Of a stretch of DNA of 64,000 nucleotides, positions 19,549 through 29,220 are shown piece by piece. How positions within the stretch are numbered: the stretch's first letter is position 1; every line of letters starts with the position of its first letter. The notes beneath the pieces are model-generated. The model made no database searches. It saw nothing but the letters and a program-made list of their open reading frames with translations, and was not told the origin of the DNA. The stretch lies in sequence record OP557969.1; one strand, written 5' to 3'. The position numbers and the translations under genes are program-made. This DNA is from Escherichia phage ph0011.

Positions 19549-20113
19549 TTATATGACAGAACGTCATCAGATATTATATGATATCAGTACTAAAATGTTA
19601 TCAATCGTTAATAGTGGAAAAGAAATTGAAAAACAATACCTCATCCGTGATGTAGCAATTTCATCTAAATGTTGGTCCAATGAATATTACAACCACGGTA
19701 TTCTTACGATTTCTGGTGCTAGAAATATTTGTATTGTAAAAAATAAAAACAAAAGTAATGAAGAGTGTGAGATTAGAACCGATATACAAATTAAGGATGA
19801 TGGAAGTTTTTCACACTACCCATTTCATATTAGTACTATTGGTGTTTTATATAATATTAAAGTACTATTCGGTGATGAAGAGTATAAGTTAAAATATATC
19901 GACCCAGAATCGAGTACAGTCCAAGAAGACCTGTTTCAGATGAGCACAATTATGCCCGAAGAAGTTCTTAGTACTGTTGTTTTTTGTAGTTTAATTTATC
20001 ACGAATACAAAAAGAACCAATTCGATTTCCACATGATAGGAACGTACATCTTCAATAATTTGAATGTAGATCGTTTAAAAGCATTAAATTCAGCAATGGA
20101 TAAGGTGCTATAA
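19535..20113 (+). CDS. FQ-family paralog
   Basis: ATG ORF; core VQEDLFQMSTIMP. Confidence 0.65.
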   Translation: MNAYSYMTERHQILYDISTKMLSIVNSGKEIEKQYLIRDVAISSKCWSNEYYNHGILTISGARNICIVKNKNKSNEECEIRTDIQIKDDGSFSHYPFHISTIGVLYNIKVLFGDEEYKLKYIDPESSTVQEDLFQMSTIMPEEVLSTVVFCSLIYHEYKKNQFDFHMIGTYIFNNLNVDRLKALNSAMDKVL

Positions 20114-20541
20114 TGACAAGAGATGATTGTTTGTACATATGGGATGTAGTTGAAAATACACTTTCAAATCCAGAAAAATATAAAACACAAAAAAGACAGC
20201 GACATAAAACATGGATAGATTTGTTCGTTGAGGACATACACGCAGTGACTATTTGGGATTCACCGAGGGCATCAGCATCTACTCTATTGGACAATGAATG
20301 TATTGATTGCATTAATTCCACTTTTCATCTACACGGTTCTACAATTTTCGGTACATTTCTGGATATTGAAAATAAAGATGATATTGATTCACTTGCGTTA
20401 CAATATCAAGTACTGTATAATACTAAATTAATTTATGATTTAGTTCTAGCTTCTTATGTGTATAAATTAATGAAGAAATATAATTATATTTCTGTTTCAG
20501 TTTATACTAAGGATATTCTTTCATTAAGAGACAAAACATGA
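20113..20541 (+). CDS. hypothetical protein
   Basis: TAATG overlap; 142 aa; no clear FQ motif. Confidence 0.55.
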   Translation: MTRDDCLYIWDVVENTLSNPEKYKTQKRQRHKTWIDLFVEDIHAVTIWDSPRASASTLLDNECIDCINSTFHLHGSTIFGTFLDIENKDDIDSLALQYQVLYNTKLIYDLVLASYVYKLMKKYNYISVSVYTKDILSLRDKT

Positions 20542-21047
20542 ATTTATTAAATGCACGCGAATTGGTTGAGATGTATGAGATATTGTCTACATATAAAAAT
20601 TCACCTGACGATGTAATTATCAACAAAAAGTTCCATGTCAGTGTTGATCATATGACAAATATAGATATGATTTCTTTGGTTGAAAGTAATAAGTCAGGTC
20701 TTGAACGTGATATCATGCGTTTGATTTATATTCCCAAACCATCATATCCTAATGATAGTTCAATTAGTAATGAGACTTTTATATATAATCCTTATACTGA
20801 TTGTACTTTAGTTTCGGTATCGAATCAGAAACAAGATACTTTTCAATTCATCTATACCAGTACTGATAACCTTGAAGAAATCGAATTCCAAAATAATACA
20901 TTAAGTCCATGTGGAAGTATTATTGCATTCATGTCATATCTGTGGTCAATCAAATCAGATACCATAGTATATAGTTCAAATTATACACAGGATTGTATTG
21001 TTGAATCATTTAAAGTTCTAAAGGAATACTATGAAAATAACAAATGA
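20538..21047 (+). CDS. FQ-family paralog
   Basis: ATGA overlap; core LEEIEFQNNTLSP. Confidence 0.65.
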   Translation: MNLLNARELVEMYEILSTYKNSPDDVIINKKFHVSVDHMTNIDMISLVESNKSGLERDIMRLIYIPKPSYPNDSSISNETFIYNPYTDCTLVSVSNQKQDTFQFIYTSTDNLEEIEFQNNTLSPCGSIIAFMSYLWSIKSDTIVYSSNYTQDCIVESFKVLKEYYENNK

Positions 21048-21612
21048 TTTTATTAAAAGTTTAGTACACCCTATGCTTAGTGTTATGAAAAAATCACAGT
21101 CTCTACCTGAAGATAACGATTACAAGTATAATCGTTTTGATTCAGATGTGTTTTGTATTGAAATGGAAATTAATAACAATCGTGATTTTTATTTAAAATT
21201 CAAAGAATCTTCAAGTTCGTACTACAATTTTGACATGAATTTCAAAATGGACACAAATATTGAAGAAAACGCAATTTCAAATCATATTAGTAGAAATGGT
21301 TTTATGTATAGATCTAATATGCATAATAATAAAAAAAGTGTTAGATCTAAATGGAACCAGCAATTCACTAAAATTTGTGAAATTGATAGCAGTACTTTTG
21401 GTGAAGAACAATATTTTCAATTAAGCACAATTCATGAACTACCACCATATGATTTTGTTAAAACATGGTTTGATATTCATAATATAATTGATGAAACAAT
21501 TGAACTTCCATTTAGTTTATCAATATCATATACTGCAACTAAAACGTTTATTTTTACTGAAGATATGATTATGAAAAAAATATGGGCAATGCTCCCTCTT
21601 ATGAGTGATTAA
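21031..21612 (+). CDS. FQ-family paralog
   Basis: ATG after AAGGA; core GEEQYFQLSTIHE. Confidence 0.65.
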   Translation: MKITNDFIKSLVHPMLSVMKKSQSLPEDNDYKYNRFDSDVFCIEMEINNNRDFYLKFKESSSSYYNFDMNFKMDTNIEENAISNHISRNGFMYRSNMHNNKKSVRSKWNQQFTKICEIDSSTFGEEQYFQLSTIHELPPYDFVKTWFDIHNIIDETIELPFSLSISYTATKTFIFTEDMIMKKIWAMLPLMSD

Positions 21613-21624
21613 CGGAGAAACTAC

Positions 21625-22176
21625 ATGAATCAAAGTCATGATCTTTTTAAATTATGTGCATCCAAAGATGTTGAAGGATGGACAGATAAAGTCAATACAA
21701 TCATCAATAGATTCCGAGTCTTTAGTGCTCGTGCACGAAGTGATGGTTCTATGAATTTCAAATATTCAATGACAATTGATGGTGTTGTAATTCATGTAGA
21801 TGAAGAAAAACTATCTATTAATCTACATGATTCATGTGTATTTGCTATTCATCAAAAGATGGGTTCAGGATGGGGTTGCAACAACATGAACTCAAAAGCA
21901 TTCTTTTGGGTTGGTCATTACAATACAGTTCTTGATCCTTCCATCAAATCCAATCTATTAGTTAATAATATCGTTTATGATTTATCGTATCCAGAAGAGT
22001 CACATTTTCAATTGAGTACATTACATAATTTAGTCAAATATGAAGATTGTGTCAAAGCATTAGAATTATGTCATTCAATTGATCTTAAAGATAAGTTGAT
22101 ACAAATTTACCCGTTGTTCTTCCATGAAGAAGTACAATGCACACTTGAACATATTTTATATGGGTACGATAAATGA
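21625..22176 (+). CDS. FQ-family paralog
   Basis: ATG after GGAG; core PEESHFQLSTLHN. Confidence 0.65.
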   Translation: MNQSHDLFKLCASKDVEGWTDKVNTIINRFRVFSARARSDGSMNFKYSMTIDGVVIHVDEEKLSINLHDSCVFAIHQKMGSGWGCNNMNSKAFFWVGHYNTVLDPSIKSNLLVNNIVYDLSYPEESHFQLSTLHNLVKYEDCVKALELCHSIDLKDKLIQIYPLFFHEEVQCTLEHILYGYDK

Positions 22177-22775
22177 GAAAAAGTTACCAAGAAGCTATTG
22201 ACCTAATTCGAGAAGTTATTAAGGTTGCACCAGGTGCAATAGCATTCAAGAAGTCTCTATATAAGAAATATGGTCCCATGTCAAGTATGTGCTGTCAAAA
22301 GAAACGTAGTAAATTCACTACGCAGTACTGGCATGACTCTATTATCTTGAGTAATGAACATCAGCGTATTTTAACAATCGAATCAGTAGATAATCAATAT
22401 GGGGAAGGATTGATTTGTATTCCTGACTATGATGAAATTAATTTCAATTGTGGGGATTATGAGACAACATTATTATTACACGAGGGTTATCCTGAAGGTG
22501 ATGTAATGGCAGAGTATAATCCAAAAACAAAAATACTGAAACGTGGTATACAGTTCAAAATCGATAACAAAGATGATGTGGAAGCTGCACTAATGCAACT
22601 GAGTACAAGCGAACCTATCTCTATTGATGTAGAAGAGTTATGGGGAATCATTTCAGTACTTAATGAGTGTTATAAAATTAAATCATTGCATAAGTACTCT
22701 ATAATTTTACATACTAATTGTGCAATGATAAAATGTAAGAACATACAAGAGATGGTGGTTCCAGATGAACTTTAA
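22173..22775 (+). CDS. FQ-family paralog (divergent, F replaced by M)
   Basis: ATGA overlap; motif VEAALMQLSTSEP. Confidence 0.6.
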   Translation: MRKSYQEAIDLIREVIKVAPGAIAFKKSLYKKYGPMSSMCCQKKRSKFTTQYWHDSIILSNEHQRILTIESVDNQYGEGLICIPDYDEINFNCGDYETTLLLHEGYPEGDVMAEYNPKTKILKRGIQFKIDNKDDVEAALMQLSTSEPISIDVEELWGIISVLNECYKIKSLHKYSIILHTNCAMIKCKNIQEMVVPDEL

Positions 22776-23349
22776 AGAAATAGAAAGTAAAATTAAGTAC
22801 TTCAAAGATATCAAAAAACTTTGGGAAAAGTATAAAATTGTTTATCAATTCCAAGATGATGATACTGTTCAAACCATTGATATTAGTATTCGTGTGAAGT
22901 TCAAGAATGGTAGTTATGGTGAAGTTAAATTGAATTCTATGGGTGTATATCTTAGAGACTATGATGGTTCCACTCTTGCACAATTTGACTTCACACCTGA
23001 CCCTGATGATATGTTACTGAGTGAAATCAATGCGTATGACCTTGAGATGTTTGGTGGGAAACCTTTATTATTCCGCTTATCAGATGAATGGGATGAGGTT
23101 TACTACACATACAAAGATGGAGTGATTCGAGACGTGAATGATGAGGTTGTAAATGATATGGAAGAACGTCTATTCCAAGAATCATGTGTGTCATCTGAGT
23201 CATATACATACCAATACCTACTTGACATGTTCGATTTGTATAGTAAAATAGATTCAGAAATGGGTACATTGGGTATTCATTATCTCACAATAAATGACTA
23301 TGCTCAACTCGAAACCGCAGTGAAAGCATTATCTAAAGTTCTGAAATAG
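22765..23349 (+). CDS. FQ-family paralog
   Basis: ATG ORF; core MEERLFQESCVSS. Confidence 0.65.
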   Translation: MNFKEIESKIKYFKDIKKLWEKYKIVYQFQDDDTVQTIDISIRVKFKNGSYGEVKLNSMGVYLRDYDGSTLAQFDFTPDPDDMLLSEINAYDLEMFGGKPLLFRLSDEWDEVYYTYKDGVIRDVNDEVVNDMEERLFQESCVSSESYTYQYLLDMFDLYSKIDSEMGTLGIHYLTINDYAQLETAVKALSKVLK

Positions 23350-23358
23350 GAATGAATT

Positions 23359-23772
23359 ATGAAACTGTATCATGCGAGTACTGTAAAAATTGATAACTTT
23401 TATATCCCGTATGGTGGCCTTCATATGGGAGGTAAACACAGTGCACTTGAAGCTGCATTACGCAAGCTAAGAAGCCCACTGAACGTTGTTGCCGCTGATA
23501 CAGTATACTTGCATACTTTAGAAGTTGATGTTGACAACGTGCTTCTATGGGAGGATTTGGGTAGTGATGATGAGTGGCGTTCACTAATTGAACATTGTAA
23601 TTCTAAAGGTTACGATGCTGTTCAATACACAAATGAATACGAGCCGGATAATGTTCCTAGTTATATGATTTGGGATACGTCTAAGGTTCGCATTGTCGAA
23701 GTTGATGCTATGCATATGGATGATGCAGAAATGATCATCGAAGATTTCCTTGATGAATATGAAGGTGTATAA
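23359..23772 (+). CDS. hypothetical protein (non-family gene within the array)
   Basis: ATG ORF 137 aa; no FQ motif. Confidence 0.6.
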   Translation: MKLYHASTVKIDNFYIPYGGLHMGGKHSALEAALRKLRSPLNVVAADTVYLHTLEVDVDNVLLWEDLGSDDEWRSLIEHCNSKGYDAVQYTNEYEPDNVPSYMIWDTSKVRIVEVDAMHMDDAEMIIEDFLDEYEGV

Positions 23773-24290
23773 TGATTGAACCTATGACAGTACTAGCACG
23801 TACTAAATTATTATTGAAGATTGGTGAGATATTAACTGATATTTTGTACAGTGAGATTGATATACATGAATTATGCATTATACAACCATGGGAATTAACC
23901 AAATTCTCTGCGTTCTATCGTTTATCATATAAAGGGGAAACAGTTCTGGACTGGAACCCCAAAGCCAGATTTATGGAGTATGCAGCTTTATATGGAACAT
24001 GTGGTGGAATAACAAATGATTTTAAAGAAATTAAAACTCAAACAGCGTCACATGAATTTAATGATTTATTATATCCAGAATTTAAGTTAACAGAAGAATC
24101 ATTATTCCAGCACTCATTAATTTTAAAAGATCTTAATGATTTAGAGTACTACAAAGAATTAGTAGATATTTTTATGAATACACGACTTTCAAAAGATATT
24201 GTGATATTCTGGTATACAGAGCATGTTACGGAGGAATTGCTTACTGAATTTCTTCTAAATATGACAGCTATAAAGGAGAAGTTATGTTAG
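23772..24290 (+). CDS. FQ-family paralog
   Basis: TAATG overlap; core TEESLFQHSLILK. Confidence 0.65.
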   Translation: MIEPMTVLARTKLLLKIGEILTDILYSEIDIHELCIIQPWELTKFSAFYRLSYKGETVLDWNPKARFMEYAALYGTCGGITNDFKEIKTQTASHEFNDLLYPEFKLTEESLFQHSLILKDLNDLEYYKELVDIFMNTRLSKDIVIFWYTEHVTEELLTEFLLNMTAIKEKLC

Positions 24291-24757
24291 ATATTTTAGG
24301 AAACATCGATACTGCAAATTATTTTATCCAAGACGCACTGTTTAATACACTACAAAAAGGTTTAGAAGTTCGTCACAATGTATACCAAGGTGATGGTTAT
24401 TTCGTTGATATTATTGAGGCACGAAAGAATACGTTTAATCTTAACGTTACGACGCTTGGAAGACAGAACATTGCACGAATTTTAGTAAGTAAAGATGAAA
24501 TTGTATTAAGATACAGTGCTAAGTTTATGCTGACTTACAAGAAAAAAACTGACATGTTCAGTACTAATTTATTTGATGAGCCATTTGACCTTGAAGATAT
24601 TGAAGCTACTTTCTTCACTCAAAGTACTATGGTAAAATACACTGATGTTCAATTTTCAGCAGACGTTATGTCTGAAACATTACAAATGATCAAGGTATTA
24701 TTTTATGCTTTTGAGCAATTTAGAGAAGAAAGAAATAAGGTTAACAACCACAGATGA
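24284..24757 (+). CDS. FQ-family paralog (divergent)
   Basis: ATG after AAGGAGAAG; motif IEATFFTQSTMVK. Confidence 0.6.
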   Translation: MLDILGNIDTANYFIQDALFNTLQKGLEVRHNVYQGDGYFVDIIEARKNTFNLNVTTLGRQNIARILVSKDEIVLRYSAKFMLTYKKKTDMFSTNLFDEPFDLEDIEATFFTQSTMVKYTDVQFSADVMSETLQMIKVLFYAFEQFREERNKVNNHR

Positions 24758-25118
24758 ACTAATAGAGGCGATTACTAAGGATTCAAAATACCATAAAGGG
24801 ATTCGTCTATACTTTATAGATACTGGCTCAATGGAAGGTACATACATTTATGGCTCACAATCTTTGTCTTATGTTGTAATACCAAATAAAAATGTAAAAA
24901 TCTTTTTAGGTTCAAGTAAAAAAGCGTTCTTGACAGTTAATGACAACAGTGTTATTATGAATTCCTTGGGTCATGACAAGGTAGAAATTGATCTAAACAC
25001 ATTAGAAGAAATGGATTTTTTTCAGTACGAGTGTTTAGGCGTTGACTTACATGGTATCAGTAGTGATATGATAAAATCATTAATTAAATATTTCAAGGGT
25101 GTTTATAAATGTATCTAA
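24705..25118 (+). CDS. FQ-family paralog (start unresolved)
   Basis: Core LEEMDFFQYECLG; only in-frame ATG lies 53 nt inside the upstream gene with no RBS. Confidence 0.5.
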   Translation: MLLSNLEKKEIRLTTTDELIEAITKDSKYHKGIRLYFIDTGSMEGTYIYGSQSLSYVVIPNKNVKIFLGSSKKAFLTVNDNSVIMNSLGHDKVEIDLNTLEEMDFFQYECLGVDLHGISSDMIKSLIKYFKGVYKCI

Positions 25119-25606
25119 CAAAATCGATGAAAAATTCATTTGATAAGATCAAGAGTGTTCTTGGTGGTGAGCATATTACTAGTGTGACTCAAACGGCTGA
25201 CCAAATTCAATGCAGTTCAAATGATTATACTGTAATTCTAGGTTTACATAGTCTACGTTTGACAATAGTAAATAATATTGACAACACTGCAATTGTAATA
25301 ACACCATGCCATATCAAAAATGAAAATGGTGTATATCTTCATCATATGGGAACAGTATTTCATATTTTTAATACAAATGAAAATATTGTTAAAGAATACA
25401 ATACACTTAATATTGATTCAGGTGAATTATTTCAAATGAGCACGTTGTACTCATGTAATTTTACAGATACTTCACGTATTTTACCATTCTTCTTAGAAAT
25501 TATTAAGAAAATGGAAAATTTAAAACGTGAATACAATAAAGAAATGGTTCCTGAAGCTATATTAAATATTACTAATGCTATAGAGAAGTATAATTCAGTG
25601 ACTTAA
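25109..25606 (+). CDS. FQ-family paralog
   Basis: ATG ORF; core DSGELFQMSTLYS. Confidence 0.65.
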   Translation: MYLTKSMKNSFDKIKSVLGGEHITSVTQTADQIQCSSNDYTVILGLHSLRLTIVNNIDNTAIVITPCHIKNENGVYLHHMGTVFHIFNTNENIVKEYNTLNIDSGELFQMSTLYSCNFTDTSRILPFFLEIIKKMENLKREYNKEMVPEAILNITNAIEKYNSVT

Positions 25607-25648
25607 TAAAAACGCACATGGAGTGCATGAGAAGATCAAGGATAGATC

Positions 25649-26122
25649 ATGGAGATTAAAACCGTTGAAAATGGGGAAATTGATGACATTTTAGAGTTGG
25701 ATGCCTTCAAAGTTCATGATATAATGTTCAATGTGAAAGACATTATTCAATGTCTGTTTTTGTGCAGCAAGACTATGCATGACTTTTTTCACAACCCAAA
25801 TACAAATGTTTTTATACTAACAATCAGTACTGAAAGCTCGTTCATCATGGGTATGCCTATGAGTACGAATGAACAGTATATTGATTGTGTTATTCGCAAT
25901 AACGATAGTATTACACCTCAATCTGAAGTACGTAAAAAGAAAAACACTTACACAATCAAAGATGATAAAATTATGATGTGCTGTAGTAAGGGGTTTATAT
26001 TAGATAATTTTATTGTCAAAGATAGTTATCATGACTTTAAAGTTTCCGAAAACCAATCTAATGTAGTTCTTTATGCAAGTGACATAGAAAGTCTAACAGT
26101 AAAAGATCCCAGTTTGGAGTAA
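25649..26122 (+). CDS. hypothetical protein
   Basis: ATG ORF 157 aa; no family motif. Confidence 0.55.
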   Translation: MEIKTVENGEIDDILELDAFKVHDIMFNVKDIIQCLFLCSKTMHDFFHNPNTNVFILTISTESSFIMGMPMSTNEQYIDCVIRNNDSITPQSEVRKKKNTYTIKDDKIMMCCSKGFILDNFIVKDSYHDFKVSENQSNVVLYASDIESLTVKDPSLE

Positions 26123-26234
26123 TTATGTCGAAGAAAGTTAATAATTTCGTACAGAAACACATGAATGAGTTTAATAAACCTCAAACACATGTGGATCGTA
26201 AAAAAGAAATGAAAAATGGTAAAGTAAAACATAA

Positions 26235-26262
26235 GTCGAGATTTATTCTCGACTAATTTTTT
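26235..26262 (+). terminator. candidate rho-independent terminator
   Basis: GTCGAG-ATTTATT-CTCGAC hairpin followed by TAATTTTTT. Confidence 0.45.
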
Positions 26263-26285
26263 GTCCAAATTTATGGAGATTGTAT

Positions 26286-27134
26286 ATGTTAGATAGTACA
26301 GAATTTCGCAACTTCAAAAAGTATTCAGTACTTGAACATATCAACGAATTTCTGAATTCTCCAACACCATTTGGTATCAGTACATCAGATTCATACGATG
26401 GATATAGAATCTTCACATGTAATGACTTTCAAATTTCTGTCAAAAAAGGTACTTCAAAAGAAGTTGCAATTCGTGATGTAGTACTGTATAGCGATTCTTC
26501 CATTTCTTACTGTCATGATGTGAACAATTTTGAATCTCTTTCAACACCTAATTGTTCATACTACAAATCCCATGACACGATGATGTATAAAGAACAACAT
26601 ATCAATGGCGTTTCGTTCTATAAAACTAGCAGTGATAAATCATATACATCTAGAGATGATTTTGGAAAATACACATGTACTATGTACACGGATAATGAAA
26701 AAACAAATTACACTCATTCATTCGAGTCCAAATTCAAAGAAAGTGAAGTTTCAAATATCACTATACAAGAACAGGTATCAGAAGGCATTGTTTATCGTAG
26801 CACTGCATTCTTTCGCATGAAAGATATTGAATCTGGTAGGCCAATGATGTATAATATTGATATATACATGCAAGGTGAAATATCTGAAGTAGTGATTAGT
26901 GTTGGATATCGTACTAGCTTCACATTTACGATAAACTCACCAGATGCATCATTGGTACACCTCTTTGACAAATTGTATACATTCCAAGTTGAGTTTTGTC
27001 TCAATTCAAACGAATATCAAATATTCGATATATTAAAAAGTAATATCATTAATAAATTAGAATATTACTATAAGTTGGGTGGGAAGATGAGTATAGTTAA
27101 TACAATGATACATAATATAAAAGAAACATTATAA
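26286..27134 (+). CDS. hypothetical protein
   Basis: ATG at 26286 after GGAG; 282 aa. Confidence 0.6.
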   Translation: MLDSTEFRNFKKYSVLEHINEFLNSPTPFGISTSDSYDGYRIFTCNDFQISVKKGTSKEVAIRDVVLYSDSSISYCHDVNNFESLSTPNCSYYKSHDTMMYKEQHINGVSFYKTSSDKSYTSRDDFGKYTCTMYTDNEKTNYTHSFESKFKESEVSNITIQEQVSEGIVYRSTAFFRMKDIESGRPMMYNIDIYMQGEISEVVISVGYRTSFTFTINSPDASLVHLFDKLYTFQVEFCLNSNEYQIFDILKSNIINKLEYYYKLGGKMSIVNTMIHNIKETL

Positions 27135-27150
27135 ATCTGGAGGATTTGGT

Positions 27151-27444
27151 ATGGATACTAAATTCAAAATTATTTTTAAAACGAAGCCGTATATACCATA
27201 TACTGCCGAACGTTTTATACCACCTGGTGCAGAGGAAATTATTCACCAAGATGGTACAAAGTTATATCTAGTTCCATGTTCATATGAACGTGCAGTAGAA
27301 ATGCTACTCATGAATTCTAAACTATGCACAAATAAGTATATTAGTTACCTATATAATGAACATATCTTAGAGTTCAATGATGAAAATATGTTTATTCTTG
27401 CAATTGAAGATTTTAATAAATGGTTTGAATTTATTAAAGTCTAA
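27151..27444 (+). CDS. hypothetical protein
   Basis: ATG after GGAGGA; 97 aa. Confidence 0.6.
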   Translation: MDTKFKIIFKTKPYIPYTAERFIPPGAEEIIHQDGTKLYLVPCSYERAVEMLLMNSKLCTNKYISYLYNEHILEFNDENMFILAIEDFNKWFEFIKV

Positions 27445-27457
27445 TGAAAAAAATAAT

Positions 27458-27486
27458 GTGGACAAATTAAATCCCTGTGATATAAT
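27458..27486 (+). promoter_or_regulatory. sigma70-like early promoter with extended -10 (TGTGATATAAT)
   Basis: GTGGACA -35-like, about 16-17 nt spacer, TGaTATAAT; intergenic upstream of 27517. Confidence 0.5.
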
Positions 27487-27516
27487 GTTCGCATCTTTTT
27501 GATAACGGAGATATAG

Positions 27517-27903
27517 ATGAATACAAGTTCAATCCTAAAAGCAATTGGTGGTGTTTTACTCATTGAGGTGAAAGGTGAACCAAAACTATGCTGTTTAGAA
27601 GATATGAAGAACACAAAACACTTCAGTACTGGTCAGATTTTCAATGCAATTCGCGTTCTGAATGACAAATCCATTGCTGATTATGGTAAAGTTTGGCCTG
27701 TATATCAAAATTCTGATGGTGAGATCAGTTCTGATTGGAAAACAATTGAAGAAGTTCGACAAAATTGTGATTGTGATTGGGACTTTATCGTTGAAGTATG
27801 TGACCAACTACAAGAAGATGTACCAGAAATCGTAGAACGAAAGGAAGTTCTGGCAAATCTAGAAAAATTCCGTAATGGAACACTCCAATACGACACAATC
27901 TAA
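27517..27903 (+). CDS. hypothetical protein
   Basis: ATG after GGAG; 128 aa. Confidence 0.6.
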   Translation: MNTSSILKAIGGVLLIEVKGEPKLCCLEDMKNTKHFSTGQIFNAIRVLNDKSIADYGKVWPVYQNSDGEISSDWKTIEEVRQNCDCDWDFIVEVCDQLQEDVPEIVERKEVLANLEKFRNGTLQYDTI

Positions 27904-27952
27904 TCTGCTTATTTAAAAATAGCTAGTTAACATTATATAAAAGGAATTTAAA

Positions 27953-28258
27953 ATGGAAGACAATGGAATGAAATTTGATATGTTTGAGGGTGTGCCTGAG
28001 TTTGATTTTAACAAACTTGAAGAAGGTGAAGCCACTGAACTTGTCAGTGTTACGCTTAAAGCTGATACTAAAAAGAAATATTCACCATCAGTTCGTGCAC
28101 GCTCAAAAGAAGAATATGAAACATTTATTGAGAGTATTCATTATGAAACATTCTATCACAAAGATGGAACTCCATATGAAGTACGTGTAACAGTTCTGAA
28201 GCCTGAAGTAAACCCAATGGAAAATCTACGTCCTGTTTACTGCTGGGCAAGCCACTAA
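27953..28258 (+). CDS. hypothetical protein
   Basis: ATG after AAGGA; 101 aa. Confidence 0.6.
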   Translation: MEDNGMKFDMFEGVPEFDFNKLEEGEATELVSVTLKADTKKKYSPSVRARSKEEYETFIESIHYETFYHKDGTPYEVRVTVLKPEVNPMENLRPVYCWASH

Positions 28259-28267
28259 TAAACCATA

Positions 28268-28298
28268 GGACGGGATATAATATCTCGTCCTTTTTTTT
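28268..28298 (+). terminator. rho-independent terminator
   Basis: GGACGGGAT...ATCTCGTCC hairpin followed by T8, just after the stop at 28258. Confidence 0.55.
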
Positions 28299-28310
28299 GT
28301 CTGGAGATAT

Positions 28311-29159
28311 ATGAAACTTTATCTAATCGTTGACTACAGTAAGGGTTATTATGACTACGCAGAAGAATCTGAAGGGTATTGCTCGTCTACTAATGTCAAT
28401 GTACGCACCAGTAGTACACATGAGCATGAATCTATTACAAATCTAAAAGATTTTATTGCATATCGAGCATTTGAAAAGAATTTCTGTCGTAGTAGATATT
28501 CGAAGTTTGAGTACCCGTTAATTGATGTTCCTGATGAATTGATGTTCCAGTTAATGCTCACTGGAGTACAAGATTATGATTACATTGCGTACAATCACAT
28601 TACTAAGAAAATTTATATCGGTACGTCAACGCATGACATTTCTATGTATGCATCATGCCCCGATGATCGAATGAATGATAGAAAATCATACTATAGTGGT
28701 TCAGTTGGTTCAAATGTTCCATCAAATAAAAATTTATTCTTTGAGTACGAGTTTGATAATCATCGAGGGAAAACAGACCGAGAAGATTATTGTACTGAAA
28801 TTAATAGTTCAAATGGATATGAAGAAGTGAAAGAAGCAATAATGCCATATATCCTAGACAAGTACTACAAAGATTTTCAGTACTGTAGTAATTTTCTAAT
28901 CCGAAATTCTATCAAAATCGGTCGTCAAAGCACTGCATTCTCTAAGTACTACAATGATTCCCCTGTTGCTGAAAATGAATACTGTAATGTTCTCTCAATC
29001 CCACGTGAAGATATGGTATTCATGTTCACATCTTTCATTGAAGATGATGAGTTGTATGTAAAAAACAAGCACAGGTTCATGCTAAGTAATATTGAGGTTA
29101 TGAGAAGCTTAAGTGCAGATATATTAACGAATTTCACTGAAAAAACAGAATACAACTGA
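28311..29159 (+). CDS. FQ-family-related protein (atypical, long C-terminal extension)
   Basis: ATG after GGAG; motif PDELMFQLMLTG near residue 75 of 282. Confidence 0.6.
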   Translation: MKLYLIVDYSKGYYDYAEESEGYCSSTNVNVRTSSTHEHESITNLKDFIAYRAFEKNFCRSRYSKFEYPLIDVPDELMFQLMLTGVQDYDYIAYNHITKKIYIGTSTHDISMYASCPDDRMNDRKSYYSGSVGSNVPSNKNLFFEYEFDNHRGKTDREDYCTEINSSNGYEEVKEAIMPYILDKYYKDFQYCSNFLIRNSIKIGRQSTAFSKYYNDSPVAENEYCNVLSIPREDMVFMFTSFIEDDELYVKNKHRFMLSNIEVMRSLSADILTNFTEKTEYN

Positions 29160-29189
29160 GACATACCATAAGTTTATGATATAATATAA

Positions 29190-29220
29190 GGTGACAGCAG
29201 AATATGTTGTCACCTTTTTT
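29190..29220 (+). terminator. rho-independent terminator
   Basis: GGTGACA-11 nt loop-TGTCACC hairpin followed by TTTTTT, 30 nt after the stop at 29159. Confidence 0.6.

Noticed and set aside
3-29159. The family core (E-x-x-[YF]-F-Q followed by x-S) superficially resembles potyviral NIa/TEV and picornaviral 3C protease cleavage sites (ENLYFQ|S, LEVLFQ|GP).
   Set aside because: The residue after Q is highly variable (E, Q, N, H, L, M, Y, R) where 3C-type proteases need a small residue, no chymotrypsin-fold cysteine protease gene is evident in the window, and the motif sits in a conserved structural context in every paralog; more likely a fold-defining core than a processing site. Kept only as a remote hypothesis.
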